Assembly: GCA_963667725.2 (NCBI GenBank)
Contig: CAXXHO010000005.1
Span: 832,001 to 896,000 of the forward strand
Length of the DNA: 64,000 nucleotides
Reading direction: 5' to 3'
Origin: Treponemataceae bacterium
GTDB lineage: Bacteria; Spirochaetota; Spirochaetia; Treponematales; Rectinemataceae
Positions within the stretch are counted from its first letter, which is position 1. Each line of letters starts with the position of its first letter. The notes under the pieces are model-generated. The model did no database searches and was not told where the DNA came from. It saw nothing but the letters and a program-made list of their open reading frames with translations. This document shows, one piece after another, positions 53,557 to 62,563 of this stretch. Made by a program: the position numbers and the translations under genes.

Positions 53557-55413
53557 ATGCCCCGTCCCAAAAAAACCGAATCAGGCAAGCTTAAGATCGG
53601 CGATAACTGGAATGTCATCAGCATCATAGCGCTCTCGCAGAACAACCCGCTCAAGGCTGTTTCGGAATTTGTGGAGAATTCGATAGACGCGGGGGCGAAG
53701 AACGTGACCATCGTGCGCGGCAAACAAAAAAATGACCACTACATCAAGGTGATAGACGATGGTAGCGGTATCGAGGACTTCCGCTATGTCGCCACACATA
53801 TCGGCGATTCGATCAAGCGAGAGCTCAAACGTAAAGGTGGGACGGATCTCCAAGGCGAGTTCGGGATCGGGCTTCTTTCTTTCTGGACGGTGGGCGAGAT
53901 ATGCACGATCACCTCGACCGGAGAGGATGGCATCGCGCGAAGCATGCGACTCGTGAAGGGGAATCCTTCGTTCGTGCTGCGCGAAATAGGAACGTTGTTC
54001 GGCCGCCAAGGAACCGAACTCCTCATAAGCCCCATCCTTGCTGGGGTCCGTGCACTCTCGGCCGAAAAGATTCAAAACTTTCTCGCTTCGGAACTCCGGG
54101 ATCGCATAACCAAAAGCGGTGTCCGCATTCGCATTGTGGACCACATGTCGCGCCGCGAACTCATCGTCGAGCCCCGTAAATTCAAGGGCAGGCTTATCCA
54201 CCAGCTTCCTGAGGCGCGATGTCCCTTCGGTGAAGTTTACCTCGAACTCTATTTCGCCGAATCCACCCAGGATGTGGCGGTCGGGCTCTACAAGCGGGGG
54301 ACGCGCGTGCTTTCCGATATTTCCCGGCTGGACCGATTTTCGGGCTCACCCTGGGATACGCGGCACATTGAGGGCCTCATCGATGTTCCCTTTCTTCAGC
54401 TCACACCGGGAACGCGCGATGGTATTATCCTTGACGAAGCGTACGAATCTTTTTGCGTAGCAATCGAACCTGTCGTCGGGGCTTTGATGGAGGTCCTCGA
54501 TGAGCAGAGGCGGGCGGAAGATGAGGAAGCGAGCAGGCAAGTACTGAACCGCGTTACAAAAGCCTTCCGCGAAGCCTTTCTTTACTTGCCGAGCGAGGAT
54601 TACGGCTGGCTTGCCGCCAAGACCCGTGATGCGAGAAAGGCCAGGGGCATCGGGGACGCGGACGCAGGGGCTGGACAGGATCAGGGCAAGTTCCCTCCCT
54701 CAGCACCGGACGAGCCCATCGGAATAGAAGGAGAAGGCGGAACCTCTGTTTTGGATGCTTCTTTCGGCGAATATATCCCTGAGACCTTGGAAAAAAAAGA
54801 TGCGCAGAAGAGCTTTTTCGACTACGCGGGACCACTGTATAAGATCATGATTTCGCCGGCATCCTCCGTGATCGGGGTCGGGGAAAAGAAAAAACTCAAA
54901 GCGGTTGCACGGGATCGCGCGGGGCGCATGGTGGACATAGGCGTCTCCTTCGAATGGCGCGTTACGGAAGGAGGCGGTTCGCTCGATGGGATCGATTCGG
55001 CGTACGCGGAATACATCGCGCCCCAAGAACCTTGTGTCGCGGCGATCGAACTGAAGGCTGTGCAAGGCGATTTGATATTTTTTGCTAACGCTCTCGTCAC
55101 GGTCACCGCGGAACTCGTCAAACGGCCGGGTGGAGCGGGCGGAGCCGTGAGGCGAGGTCTTCCCGGTTACACGTACCGAAAGGCTCCCGGCGAACTCTGG
55201 CGATCGAGGTACGAAGCCGAGACGTCGGTTATTGTGATCAACAACGCCCACGCGGACTTCATCTATGCTTCGCGCCAGCCCATGACGAAGCTGCGCTACA
55301 TAGCCCGCCTTTTCGCGAAAGAACTTGTTCTCGCCAATTTTCCCGAGGCTACCAAGGAAGAACTGATCGAGCGCATGGTCGAGCTCACGCTCTATACCGA
55401 AGATAATCTTTAA
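53557..55413 (+). CDS. GHKL (HATPase_c_3, MORC-like) ATPase
   Basis: EFVENSIDA, DDGSG, S.K, GEFGIG, GT motifs; 618 aa. Confidence 0.85.
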   Translation: MPRPKKTESGKLKIGDNWNVISIIALSQNNPLKAVSEFVENSIDAGAKNVTIVRGKQKNDHYIKVIDDGSGIEDFRYVATHIGDSIKRELKRKGGTDLQGEFGIGLLSFWTVGEICTITSTGEDGIARSMRLVKGNPSFVLREIGTLFGRQGTELLISPILAGVRALSAEKIQNFLASELRDRITKSGVRIRIVDHMSRRELIVEPRKFKGRLIHQLPEARCPFGEVYLELYFAESTQDVAVGLYKRGTRVLSDISRLDRFSGSPWDTRHIEGLIDVPFLQLTPGTRDGIILDEAYESFCVAIEPVVGALMEVLDEQRRAEDEEASRQVLNRVTKAFREAFLYLPSEDYGWLAAKTRDARKARGIGDADAGAGQDQGKFPPSAPDEPIGIEGEGGTSVLDASFGEYIPETLEKKDAQKSFFDYAGPLYKIMISPASSVIGVGEKKKLKAVARDRAGRMVDIGVSFEWRVTEGGGSLDGIDSAYAEYIAPQEPCVAAIELKAVQGDLIFFANALVTVTAELVKRPGGAGGAVRRGLPGYTYRKAPGELWRSRYEAETSVIVINNAHADFIYASRQPMTKLRYIARLFAKELVLANFPEATKEELIERMVELTLYTEDNL

Positions 55414-55442
55414 TAGGGATGATGACGGAGGCGCTTTGGCTC

Positions 55443-56576
55443 CTATAGCCGCACGCTTTTGTCCTCTCCCATGCCGTAGAGACGGGAAACGTCGATGGAC
55501 TCGCCCTCCGGGGAGAGAAGTCTGCCTTCGAATCGCCCGAAGGGACCCGCGTAGTCGATTTCGGCGATGCCGAGCTTCACCTGGATATCGTGAGAAACCT
55601 CTGGATGGAAGATGAGATCCACGAGGCCTTCCGTATCCTGGATGTTCCAGGGCGATTCGCGGCCATAGGGGCGGGTGATCTTTACCGGGGGAAGAGGGTA
55701 GATGGCCCCATCGATCCAGAGGCGGTTTTCGTTGTAGCGGACCTGATCCCTCACCTGGTTGTCGGTGAGGTTGAAGCCGATCCTGCGGCCCGTTTCATCC
55801 ATGCCGAAGCCGGTAATCCAATCGTAATGAAGCCGGTAGGGGTAGTAGCCTTTATGGTCGTCCAGGATGCCGGAGGACTGGCTGGGGTCGAAGGCATATT
55901 CGCGTCCGGCTACCTTGATGGCTCCCGAACAGGGCATGAGGATCTTCGCCGAATACATGGCGCGGCCGACGCCGAGGGGAAGGCAGACGAAGTATGGCGC
56001 GCAGGCTCCCTTCGTGAGGTCGAAGCTGAGGTCTATGTCGAAACTTTCCTTCAGCGTCTTCCGGTTGGCGGCCGGGCTTTTTTTAAAACGCGACACGGGG
56101 CTGTGGGAGGTGGCGCGGAGGCCGCAAAAATTCATTTCGGGATCGAGGCGGATGGAGAGGTGGTCGCCTCCGGCCGTCGCGTGGCTTTCCGTAAACTCGA
56201 AATTGTGGGGAAAAGAAAACCGGCTTCCGGGGAAAATGTGGCGAAAGCCGTATTTTTTCTTTTCTTTTCGGTTCCACAGGTCTATCGATGCCATGGTGAG
56301 GAATTTGGCGTCGTAGAGGACGGCGAGGAGGAACCAGTCGTCATTGCCTGCCTCGATGGCCTGCCACTCCTTGAGCCTGAGCCGCTTAAGGAATCGGGGA
56401 ATGAGGTAGTGGTAGGGTTTTCGGGCGTTGATGAGGTCGGTGATTCCGGGGAAGCCTTCCCAGGAGCCGTAGACGATGGAGCCGTCGCGGACGAGGGCCA
56501 CGGGGGCGTGGGAGGGCTCCGGAGCCCCGAGTATCGACCGAGGTTCCGGGGGTTTTTGCGGTTGGGGGTCAGACAA
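55443..56576 (-). CDS. DUF2804-like protein
   Basis: RLKEWQ, DDHKGYYPY...W, GFNL, ENRLW.DG, GPFGRF.G, GMGE. Confidence 0.75.
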   Translation of the reverse strand: MSDPQPQKPPEPRSILGAPEPSHAPVALVRDGSIVYGSWEGFPGITDLINARKPYHYLIPRFLKRLRLKEWQAIEAGNDDWFLLAVLYDAKFLTMASIDLWNRKEKKKYGFRHIFPGSRFSFPHNFEFTESHATAGGDHLSIRLDPEMNFCGLRATSHSPVSRFKKSPAANRKTLKESFDIDLSFDLTKGACAPYFVCLPLGVGRAMYSAKILMPCSGAIKVAGREYAFDPSQSSGILDDHKGYYPYRLHYDWITGFGMDETGRRIGFNLTDNQVRDQVRYNENRLWIDGAIYPLPPVKITRPYGRESPWNIQDTEGLVDLIFHPEVSHDIQVKLGIAEIDYAGPFGRFEGRLLSPEGESIDVSRLYGMGEDKSVRL

Positions 56577-57453
56577 GGCCGTTCTCGTAGAGCTTGTAGA
56601 GGGCTTGGGTGCCCAGCTCGCCCATCCCCTCGGCCGAGACTTTCGTGAAAAGTTTTTCGGCGAGTTCGAGGAGGGGCAGGTTGAGTTTCATCTGCCTGGC
56701 CGCGTCGACGGCGATTCGCAGGTCCTTGAGGAAGTGTTTTACGTAGAAGCCGGGTTTGAAGTCGCCGTCGAGCATGCGCGGCACCATGTTGTTGAGCTGC
56801 CAGCTGCCCGCGGAGCCGCTTCCGATGGAGAGGAGGACGGTCCGGGGATCGAGGCCGGCCGCCTTCGCGTAGGTTATGGATTCGATGGCGCCCATGAGGC
56901 TGGCCGCTATGGATATCTGGTTGGCCATCTTGGTGTGCTGGCCGGCGCCGGGGCCGCCCTGTCGAACGACCGTTTTGCCCATGATGTCGAAAAGGGGCTT
57001 GACGGCGGCGAAGCTGTCTTCGTCGCCGCCCGCCATGATGGTAAGCGTCGCTTTTTTTGCGCCGATGTCGCCGCCCGAGACGGGGGCGTCGAGGGCGGCG
57101 AGGCCTTTGGCCTTGGCCGCGTCGTAAATTCGAACGGCCAGGTCGGGGCGCGAAGTAGTCATGTCGACGAGTATCGCTCCCGGTCTGGCGTTGTGGATGA
57201 GGCCGGAATCTCCGAAGTATACTTCTTCCACGTCGGAAGGATACCCGACCATGGTGATGACGACATCGCAGGCCTGGGCGAGGGTTGAAGGCGTCGCTAT
57301 CCAGACGGCGCCGGCTTCTAATAGGTTTTTAGCCTTCTCGGCGGTTCTCGTATAGACAATCACCTTGCGGCCGGCGGAAAGCAGATGTCCGGCCATGGCG
57401 TTTCCCATGACGCCCAGGCCGATAAAGCCGATTGTTCTCGTTTCAGTAGGCAT
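56569..57453 (-). CDS. Beta-hydroxyacid dehydrogenase (3-hydroxyisobutyrate DH / GarR family)
   Basis: GFIGLGVMG, DAPVSGGDIGA, TKMANQ. Confidence 0.92.
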   Translation of the reverse strand: MPTETRTIGFIGLGVMGNAMAGHLLSAGRKVIVYTRTAEKAKNLLEAGAVWIATPSTLAQACDVVITMVGYPSDVEEVYFGDSGLIHNARPGAILVDMTTSRPDLAVRIYDAAKAKGLAALDAPVSGGDIGAKKATLTIMAGGDEDSFAAVKPLFDIMGKTVVRQGGPGAGQHTKMANQISIAASLMGAIESITYAKAAGLDPRTVLLSIGSGSAGSWQLNNMVPRMLDGDFKPGFYVKHFLKDLRIAVDAARQMKLNLPLLELAEKLFTKVSAEGMGELGTQALYKLYENGLV

Positions 57454-57526
57454 TTCATTCCTCCGGAAATTTTCGTGTACCTCCACTGTAGCCCTGCTAG
57501 CGGAAATGCGCAACCTTAGTATTTTT

Positions 57527-57545
57527 ATGAAAAGTATTTTTTCAT
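57527..57545. promoter_or_regulatory. Palindromic operator candidate upstream of anmK
   Basis: ATGAAAA-GTATT-TTTTCAT. Confidence 0.5.
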
Positions 57546-57601
57546 GTTGTTGTGAAATGAAAAATCTTACCATATACTTGGCGCACAGGAGGCTGGCAAA
57601 G

Positions 57602-58840
57602 ATGATGTTGGACTCGGAAAATATCAATATTCGCCTCGAAGGCTATGCGGCGAGGCCTGACCATTACCTTATCGGCATCATGTCGGGGACGTCGCTCGAC
57701 GGCGTCGACGCGGTGCTCACGAAAATTTCCACCTTGGCCGACGGTTCCATCGCGGAAGCCCGACTCGTCCACCAGGCATCGATTCCCTATTCGAGCGACC
57801 TGAAGGCCTTGCTGCTCGCGCTCTGCTCGCCGGAGACGGCGCGAATCGACGATCTTGTCTATGCCCATTTCGGGCTCTCGGAATGGTACGCGGCCACGGT
57901 CCGGAAGCTCCTTGACACAAGCGGTTTTCCCGCCGGGAAGGTGGACGCGCTCTGCCTTCACGGCCAGACCGTCTGGCACGCGCCCGCCCTCAGGCCTTTT
58001 CCCGCGCCCGGCGGCGGCTTCGTACCCGTAAAAGGCACCCTCCAACTAGGCTCGGGCTCGCTGCTCCGGGAACGCGCGGGCATCCCCGTGATTTTCGACT
58101 TCCGTTCGAGGGACATGGCCGCGGGCGGGGAAGGCGCACCGCTCGCGCCGTACGTGGATGCCCTCCTCTTCGGGAGCCCGACGCGAGGCCGGATCGTCCA
58201 GAATATAGGCGGCATCGGCAACGCGACGGTGATACCGGCCGCGTCGAAACGCGAGGGAATATTCGCCTTCGACACCGGCCCTGGCAACATGATCATCGAC
58301 GAGCTCATCCGAAGAAAGACGGGCGGCGCGGAACACTATGACGAAGACGGCCGCCGCGGGCGCGCCGGCAAAGTCGACGCGGCCTTCGTCGCGGCCCTCA
58401 TGGCCGACGACTATTTCACCAAGGCCCCGCCCAAAAGCACGGGCCGCGAGATGTACAACTCGGCCTTCGCCGACCGCCTCATCGACGAGGCGCGAAGGCG
58501 AAGCCTCTCTTTCGAGGATCTCGTCGCCACAGCCACGGCCTTCACGGCCGAGAGCATCGCCCGATCCTACCGCGATTTCATCTATGCGAAGACAAAGATC
58601 GACGACGTCGTCGTCGGCGGAGGCGGGGCGCTCAACGGCTTCCTCATGGACCTTCTGCGCGCTCGCTTGCCCGCCGGCGTCACCCTCATGTCGACCGCTG
58701 ATCTGGGCATCCCTGAACAGGCGAGGGAAGCCATCGCCTTCGCCGTGCTCGGCCACGAGGCCCTCATGGGCAGGGCGGGCAACCTCCCGGCCGTGACGGG
58801 CGCGGCCAGGGATGTTATACTGGGCAACATCACGTTGTGA
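57602..58840 (+). CDS. anmK: Anhydro-N-acetylmuramic acid kinase
   Basis: GIMSGTSLDGVD, HGQTVWH, GGEGAPL, NIGGIGN, FDTGPGN, PKSTGRE. Confidence 0.95.
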   Translation: MMLDSENINIRLEGYAARPDHYLIGIMSGTSLDGVDAVLTKISTLADGSIAEARLVHQASIPYSSDLKALLLALCSPETARIDDLVYAHFGLSEWYAATVRKLLDTSGFPAGKVDALCLHGQTVWHAPALRPFPAPGGGFVPVKGTLQLGSGSLLRERAGIPVIFDFRSRDMAAGGEGAPLAPYVDALLFGSPTRGRIVQNIGGIGNATVIPAASKREGIFAFDTGPGNMIIDELIRRKTGGAEHYDEDGRRGRAGKVDAAFVAALMADDYFTKAPPKSTGREMYNSAFADRLIDEARRRSLSFEDLVATATAFTAESIARSYRDFIYAKTKIDDVVVGGGGALNGFLMDLLRARLPAGVTLMSTADLGIPEQAREAIAFAVLGHEALMGRAGNLPAVTGAARDVILGNITL

Positions 58841-58911
58841 TAGGGCATGAGCGCAGAGCGTTCATGCCGGACGCGGCACCATACCGCGCTCACCAGCCAG
58901 ACGGAGGAATC

Positions 58912-59412
58912 ATGCCGAATTCGATAGTGCAGTTCATCACCAGCAAGGGCGAGATCAAGATGGAAGTGCTGGAAGACAAGACGCCGATAACCGCGGCCAA
59001 TTTTCTGAATTATGTAAAATCGGGCTTCTACGACGGGACGATTTTCCACAGGGTAATTCCCGGTTTCGTCGCCCAGGGCGGCGGTTTCGTGCCCGGAATG
59101 GACCAGAAGAACACGAAAGACCCGATCGTGAACGAAGCGGCGAAAGGACCTTCCAATTCCCGCGGAACCCTGTCCATGGCCCGAACCTCCGATCCCAACA
59201 GCGCGACGAGCCAGTTCTTCATCAATTTCGTGGACAACAAGAGCCTTGATTACCGCGGCCCCGGTCCCGGCGCCGGCTACTGCGTTTTCGCCAAGGTTAC
59301 CGAAGGCATGGACGTCGTGGACGCCATGGCCCAGGTTCCCACCGGCAGGCGCCCGCCTCACGCCGATGTTCCCAAGGAAGACATCGTTCTCATCGCCGCT
59401 AAAGTTATGTAA
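58912..59412 (+). CDS. Cyclophilin-type peptidyl-prolyl isomerase
   Basis: FHRVIPGFVAQGG, MART, SQFFIN; GGAGG RBS. Confidence 0.93.
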   Translation: MPNSIVQFITSKGEIKMEVLEDKTPITAANFLNYVKSGFYDGTIFHRVIPGFVAQGGGFVPGMDQKNTKDPIVNEAAKGPSNSRGTLSMARTSDPNSATSQFFINFVDNKSLDYRGPGPGAGYCVFAKVTEGMDVVDAMAQVPTGRRPPHADVPKEDIVLIAAKVM

Positions 59413-59537
59413 ATACGCCGACGACGCCCCAGGCCGGTTTTGCCACTGCCCGGGGCTTTCGTTGTTTTCGCCGCGTTTGAGATAGATTTATTCGATGTTC
59501 CTATTGACAAGAACGCGACGGACTGGCTATCATAGCC

Positions 59538-59559
59538 ATGTTACTATTAATAGTAACAT
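59538..59559. promoter_or_regulatory. Perfect 22-bp palindromic operator just downstream of a sigma70 promoter
   Basis: ATGTTACTATTAATAGTAACAT; TTGACA 59504-59509 and TATCAT 59528-59533 upstream. Confidence 0.75.
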
Positions 59560-59605
59560 AAACACAAAACCAAGCCTCCCAAGGCCGGTACACATCGAGG
59601 TATCC

Positions 59606-60589
59606 ATGTCGCGCAAAGCAATCGCCTCTTTCGCAGTCCTCGGCATCGTCATGCTCATCGTCTCCTGCGGATCCAGCGGCAAGAAAACGGTGGGAATCGC
59701 CAAATTCGTGGCTCACCCGAGCCTGGACGCGGTCGAACAGGGCATCATCGACGAAATCAAGGCGGCCAAGCCCGATGTCGAGCTGGACCAGCAGAACTCT
59801 AATGCCGACATGGCCACGGCGGGACAGATCGCCCAGCGCTTCAAGGAACGCAAGGTAGCCGTCGCTGTCGGCATCGCGACGCCGACAGCGCAGGCCCTGG
59901 TCAATCAGATAAAGGACAGGCCTGTCGTCTACTCTGTGGTCACCGATCCCGTTTCGGCGGGCCTGGTCGAAAGCATGGACAAGGGCGGGGCGAATGTCAC
60001 CGGAACCTCGGACATGACGCCCGTGCGCCAGCAGCTCGATATGCTTCTGTCGATGGCGCCTGTAAAAAGGCTCGGCCATCTCTATGCCTCGGGCGAGGCC
60101 AATTCCGTGGCGATCGCCGCCATCGTAAAGGCCTATTGCGAGGAAAAGGGCATCGAATACGTCGAAGCCACGGTCACGAATTCCTCCGAAGTCAAGTCAG
60201 CCCTCCTCTCCATCGCGGAACGGATTGACGGCTTGTACCTCGGCAACGACAACACGGTATTTTCGGCCCTCAGCGCCGTCTCCGAAGTCACGCTCGCCAG
60301 GAAGATTCCCCTCATGTCAGCCGATCCAGTCTCGGCCGAGACAATTCCCGTGCTCGCCGCTCTGGGGTATGATTATTACCAAATGGGAAGAGAGACCGGA
60401 AAGATCGTCGTCCGGATCCTGAACGGTGAAAAGACCAAGGATATTCCCGGTTACCTGCCGACCGACCCCGAAGCCCTCGTCCTCGTCCTCAACCTGGATG
60501 TAGCCGCCGGTTTCGGCATCACGCTGGATCCCGCCCTCGTCGAGAGCGCCAAGGTCCTGATTTCAGGCGGTACGGTAACAAAGAAGTAA
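59606..60589 (+). CDS. ABC transporter substrate-binding lipoprotein (TrpX-like family)
   Basis: Lipobox VSCG; HPSLD, IATPTAQ, VTDP, NVTGTSD, DNT. Confidence 0.88.
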   Translation: MSRKAIASFAVLGIVMLIVSCGSSGKKTVGIAKFVAHPSLDAVEQGIIDEIKAAKPDVELDQQNSNADMATAGQIAQRFKERKVAVAVGIATPTAQALVNQIKDRPVVYSVVTDPVSAGLVESMDKGGANVTGTSDMTPVRQQLDMLLSMAPVKRLGHLYASGEANSVAIAAIVKAYCEEKGIEYVEATVTNSSEVKSALLSIAERIDGLYLGNDNTVFSALSAVSEVTLARKIPLMSADPVSAETIPVLAALGYDYYQMGRETGKIVVRILNGEKTKDIPGYLPTDPEALVLVLNLDVAAGFGITLDPALVESAKVLISGGTVTKK

Positions 60590-60596
60590 AGGAACC

Positions 60597-61580
60597 ATGC
60601 TAGAAGGAATTTTGGTCGAGGGTCTGGTCTACGGGATCATGGCCCTCGGCGTTTTCATCAGTTTCAGGATTTTGGACTTTGCCGATCTCACGGTGGAAGG
60701 ATCTTTTCCCGCCGGCGCGGCGGCGGCCGCGGCCATAGTGACGGCGGCCGCGAGGAATGGCCTCGGAACGGCGCAAGCCGGAGGATCCGGAGCCTTTGGA
60801 GCCCCTGGAGCCTGGCTCTCGACCCTCGCTCCCTTCGCCGCCATCCTGGCCGGCTTCGCGGCAGGCGGCCTCGCGGGGCTGGCTACTTCCCTGATTCACC
60901 ATAGACTGAGGGTGCCTCCGCTTCTCGCGGGCATCGTCACCATGACGGGATTCTATTCCATAAACCTGCGCGTTCTGGGCGGAAAACCCAACCTGCCCCT
61001 CATCAGGAACAATCCGCTTCTGAACGGCGCGAGGACCTGGATGGGTCCGGATGTTCCGCAGGATATCGCCCTTCTCCTCGCGGCGCTTCTGGCTGCCCTC
61101 GCCATCGCCGCCCTCCTGGATCTTTTCTTCCATACCGAAACCGGAATCGCGCTGGGAGCCCTCGGCGACAACGAAGCCTCCGTGATACAGGCAGGCGTCA
61201 ATCCCTCGTCGCTCAGAACCCTGGGTATCGTGCTGGCCAACGGCCTCGCGGGGCTTTCGGGAGCCTTGGCCGCCTCCTATCAGGGCTTCGCCGATGTCAA
61301 TTTCGGCGCCGGGGTGGTGGCGGCGGGCCTCGCTTCGGTGATGCTCGGCGAACTCATCCTGCGCTCGCAGTACATTGGGGTGCAGATTTTCCGCGTCCTC
61401 GTCGGCTCGATCCTCTTCAGGGCCCTCATGTACGCCGCCCGTTCCTGGGGGTATTTCGTGGGCATCACGCCGAACGACCTCCGCCTCCTCAACGCCCTCC
61501 TTATCGTAGGGGCCGTGGCCCTGTCCAAGTACACCGCGAAGCGTCCCCGAGCGGTTTCCGCCGGCGGAGGCCGCCTATGA
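60597..61580 (+). CDS. ABC transporter permease
   Basis: FRILDFADLTVEGSF, YSINLR, QGFADV. Confidence 0.88.
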   Translation: MLEGILVEGLVYGIMALGVFISFRILDFADLTVEGSFPAGAAAAAAIVTAAARNGLGTAQAGGSGAFGAPGAWLSTLAPFAAILAGFAAGGLAGLATSLIHHRLRVPPLLAGIVTMTGFYSINLRVLGGKPNLPLIRNNPLLNGARTWMGPDVPQDIALLLAALLAALAIAALLDLFFHTETGIALGALGDNEASVIQAGVNPSSLRTLGIVLANGLAGLSGALAASYQGFADVNFGAGVVAAGLASVMLGELILRSQYIGVQIFRVLVGSILFRALMYAARSWGYFVGITPNDLRLLNALLIVGAVALSKYTAKRPRAVSAGGGRL

Positions 61581-62368
61581 TCCGCATTGAATCGGCCCTC
61601 GTCGCCTTTCCCCAGGGCGGCGGCGAAGACCGCGTCGTCCTGCGGGACCTGTCGCTCGGCGTTCCCCGCGGGCAGACTCTATCCATCATAGGCTCCAATG
61701 GGGCGGGCAAGAGCACCCTCCTCAACGCCATCGCCGGCACCGTGCCCCTGCGTTCGGGCACCATCGTCGTGGACGGCCGTGACTGCACGCGCGACCCCGA
61801 ATGGATACGGGCGCGCTACGTCGGCAGGGTTCGCCAGAACCCGCTCGCGGGGACTGCCGGCGAGATGACGCTGCTCGACAACCTGGCCCTGGCTTCCCGA
61901 AAAGGTCCAAGGCGGCTCAGGCTCGCCGTGACGCCCGCTCTTTCGAGAGAGCTGGGCGAACGCGTGGCTGAACTGGGAATGGGGCTAGAAAACCGCCTTC
62001 GCGAGAACGTCTCCCGCCTTTCCGGCGGCCAGCGCCAGGCCCTCACCCTCCTCATGGCCGTGCTTTCGCGCCCCTCCGTCCTTCTTCTGGACGAGCATAC
62101 GGCCGCCCTGGACCCCGCCAACGCCGAAATCTTGGCCAGCCTCACGAAACGCTTCGTCTCGGAATTCGGACTCACCGCGCTCATCGTCACGCACGACATG
62201 AAACGGGCGCTGGACCAGGCCGAACGCGTCGTGATGATGCACGAAGGCGGCATCGTCGCCGACGTATCGGGTGAGGAGAAATCCCGCATGAAGGTATCGG
62301 ATCTCGTGGAACTCTTCCGTGCGGCGCGTGGCAGCGAATATGCCGAGGACAGGGACCTCCTGCGCTGA
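61577..62368 (+). CDS. ABC transporter ATP-binding protein
   Basis: GSNGAGKS, LSGGQRQ, LLDEHTAALDP. Confidence 0.92.
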   Translation: MIRIESALVAFPQGGGEDRVVLRDLSLGVPRGQTLSIIGSNGAGKSTLLNAIAGTVPLRSGTIVVDGRDCTRDPEWIRARYVGRVRQNPLAGTAGEMTLLDNLALASRKGPRRLRLAVTPALSRELGERVAELGMGLENRLRENVSRLSGGQRQALTLLMAVLSRPSVLLLDEHTAALDPANAEILASLTKRFVSEFGLTALIVTHDMKRALDQAERVVMMHEGGIVADVSGEEKSRMKVSDLVELFRAARGSEYAEDRDLLR

Positions 62369-62563
62369 CCGTCGATGCGCCACCGGCCGCCCGAACCGCC
62401 GCCCTGCTCCTCAACAACTCGCCGGCCGCGCGCGCCGGCGTTTTTTTTCGCTTCTTGACCGAGAGAGTAAAATATTTTTTTAGGTTCAAGCTTGTGCCTG
62501 GAAAATTATGCTATATAATGCAAGAGCTATTCCGAAGAAGTTATAGCACAATGGAGGTATCCT

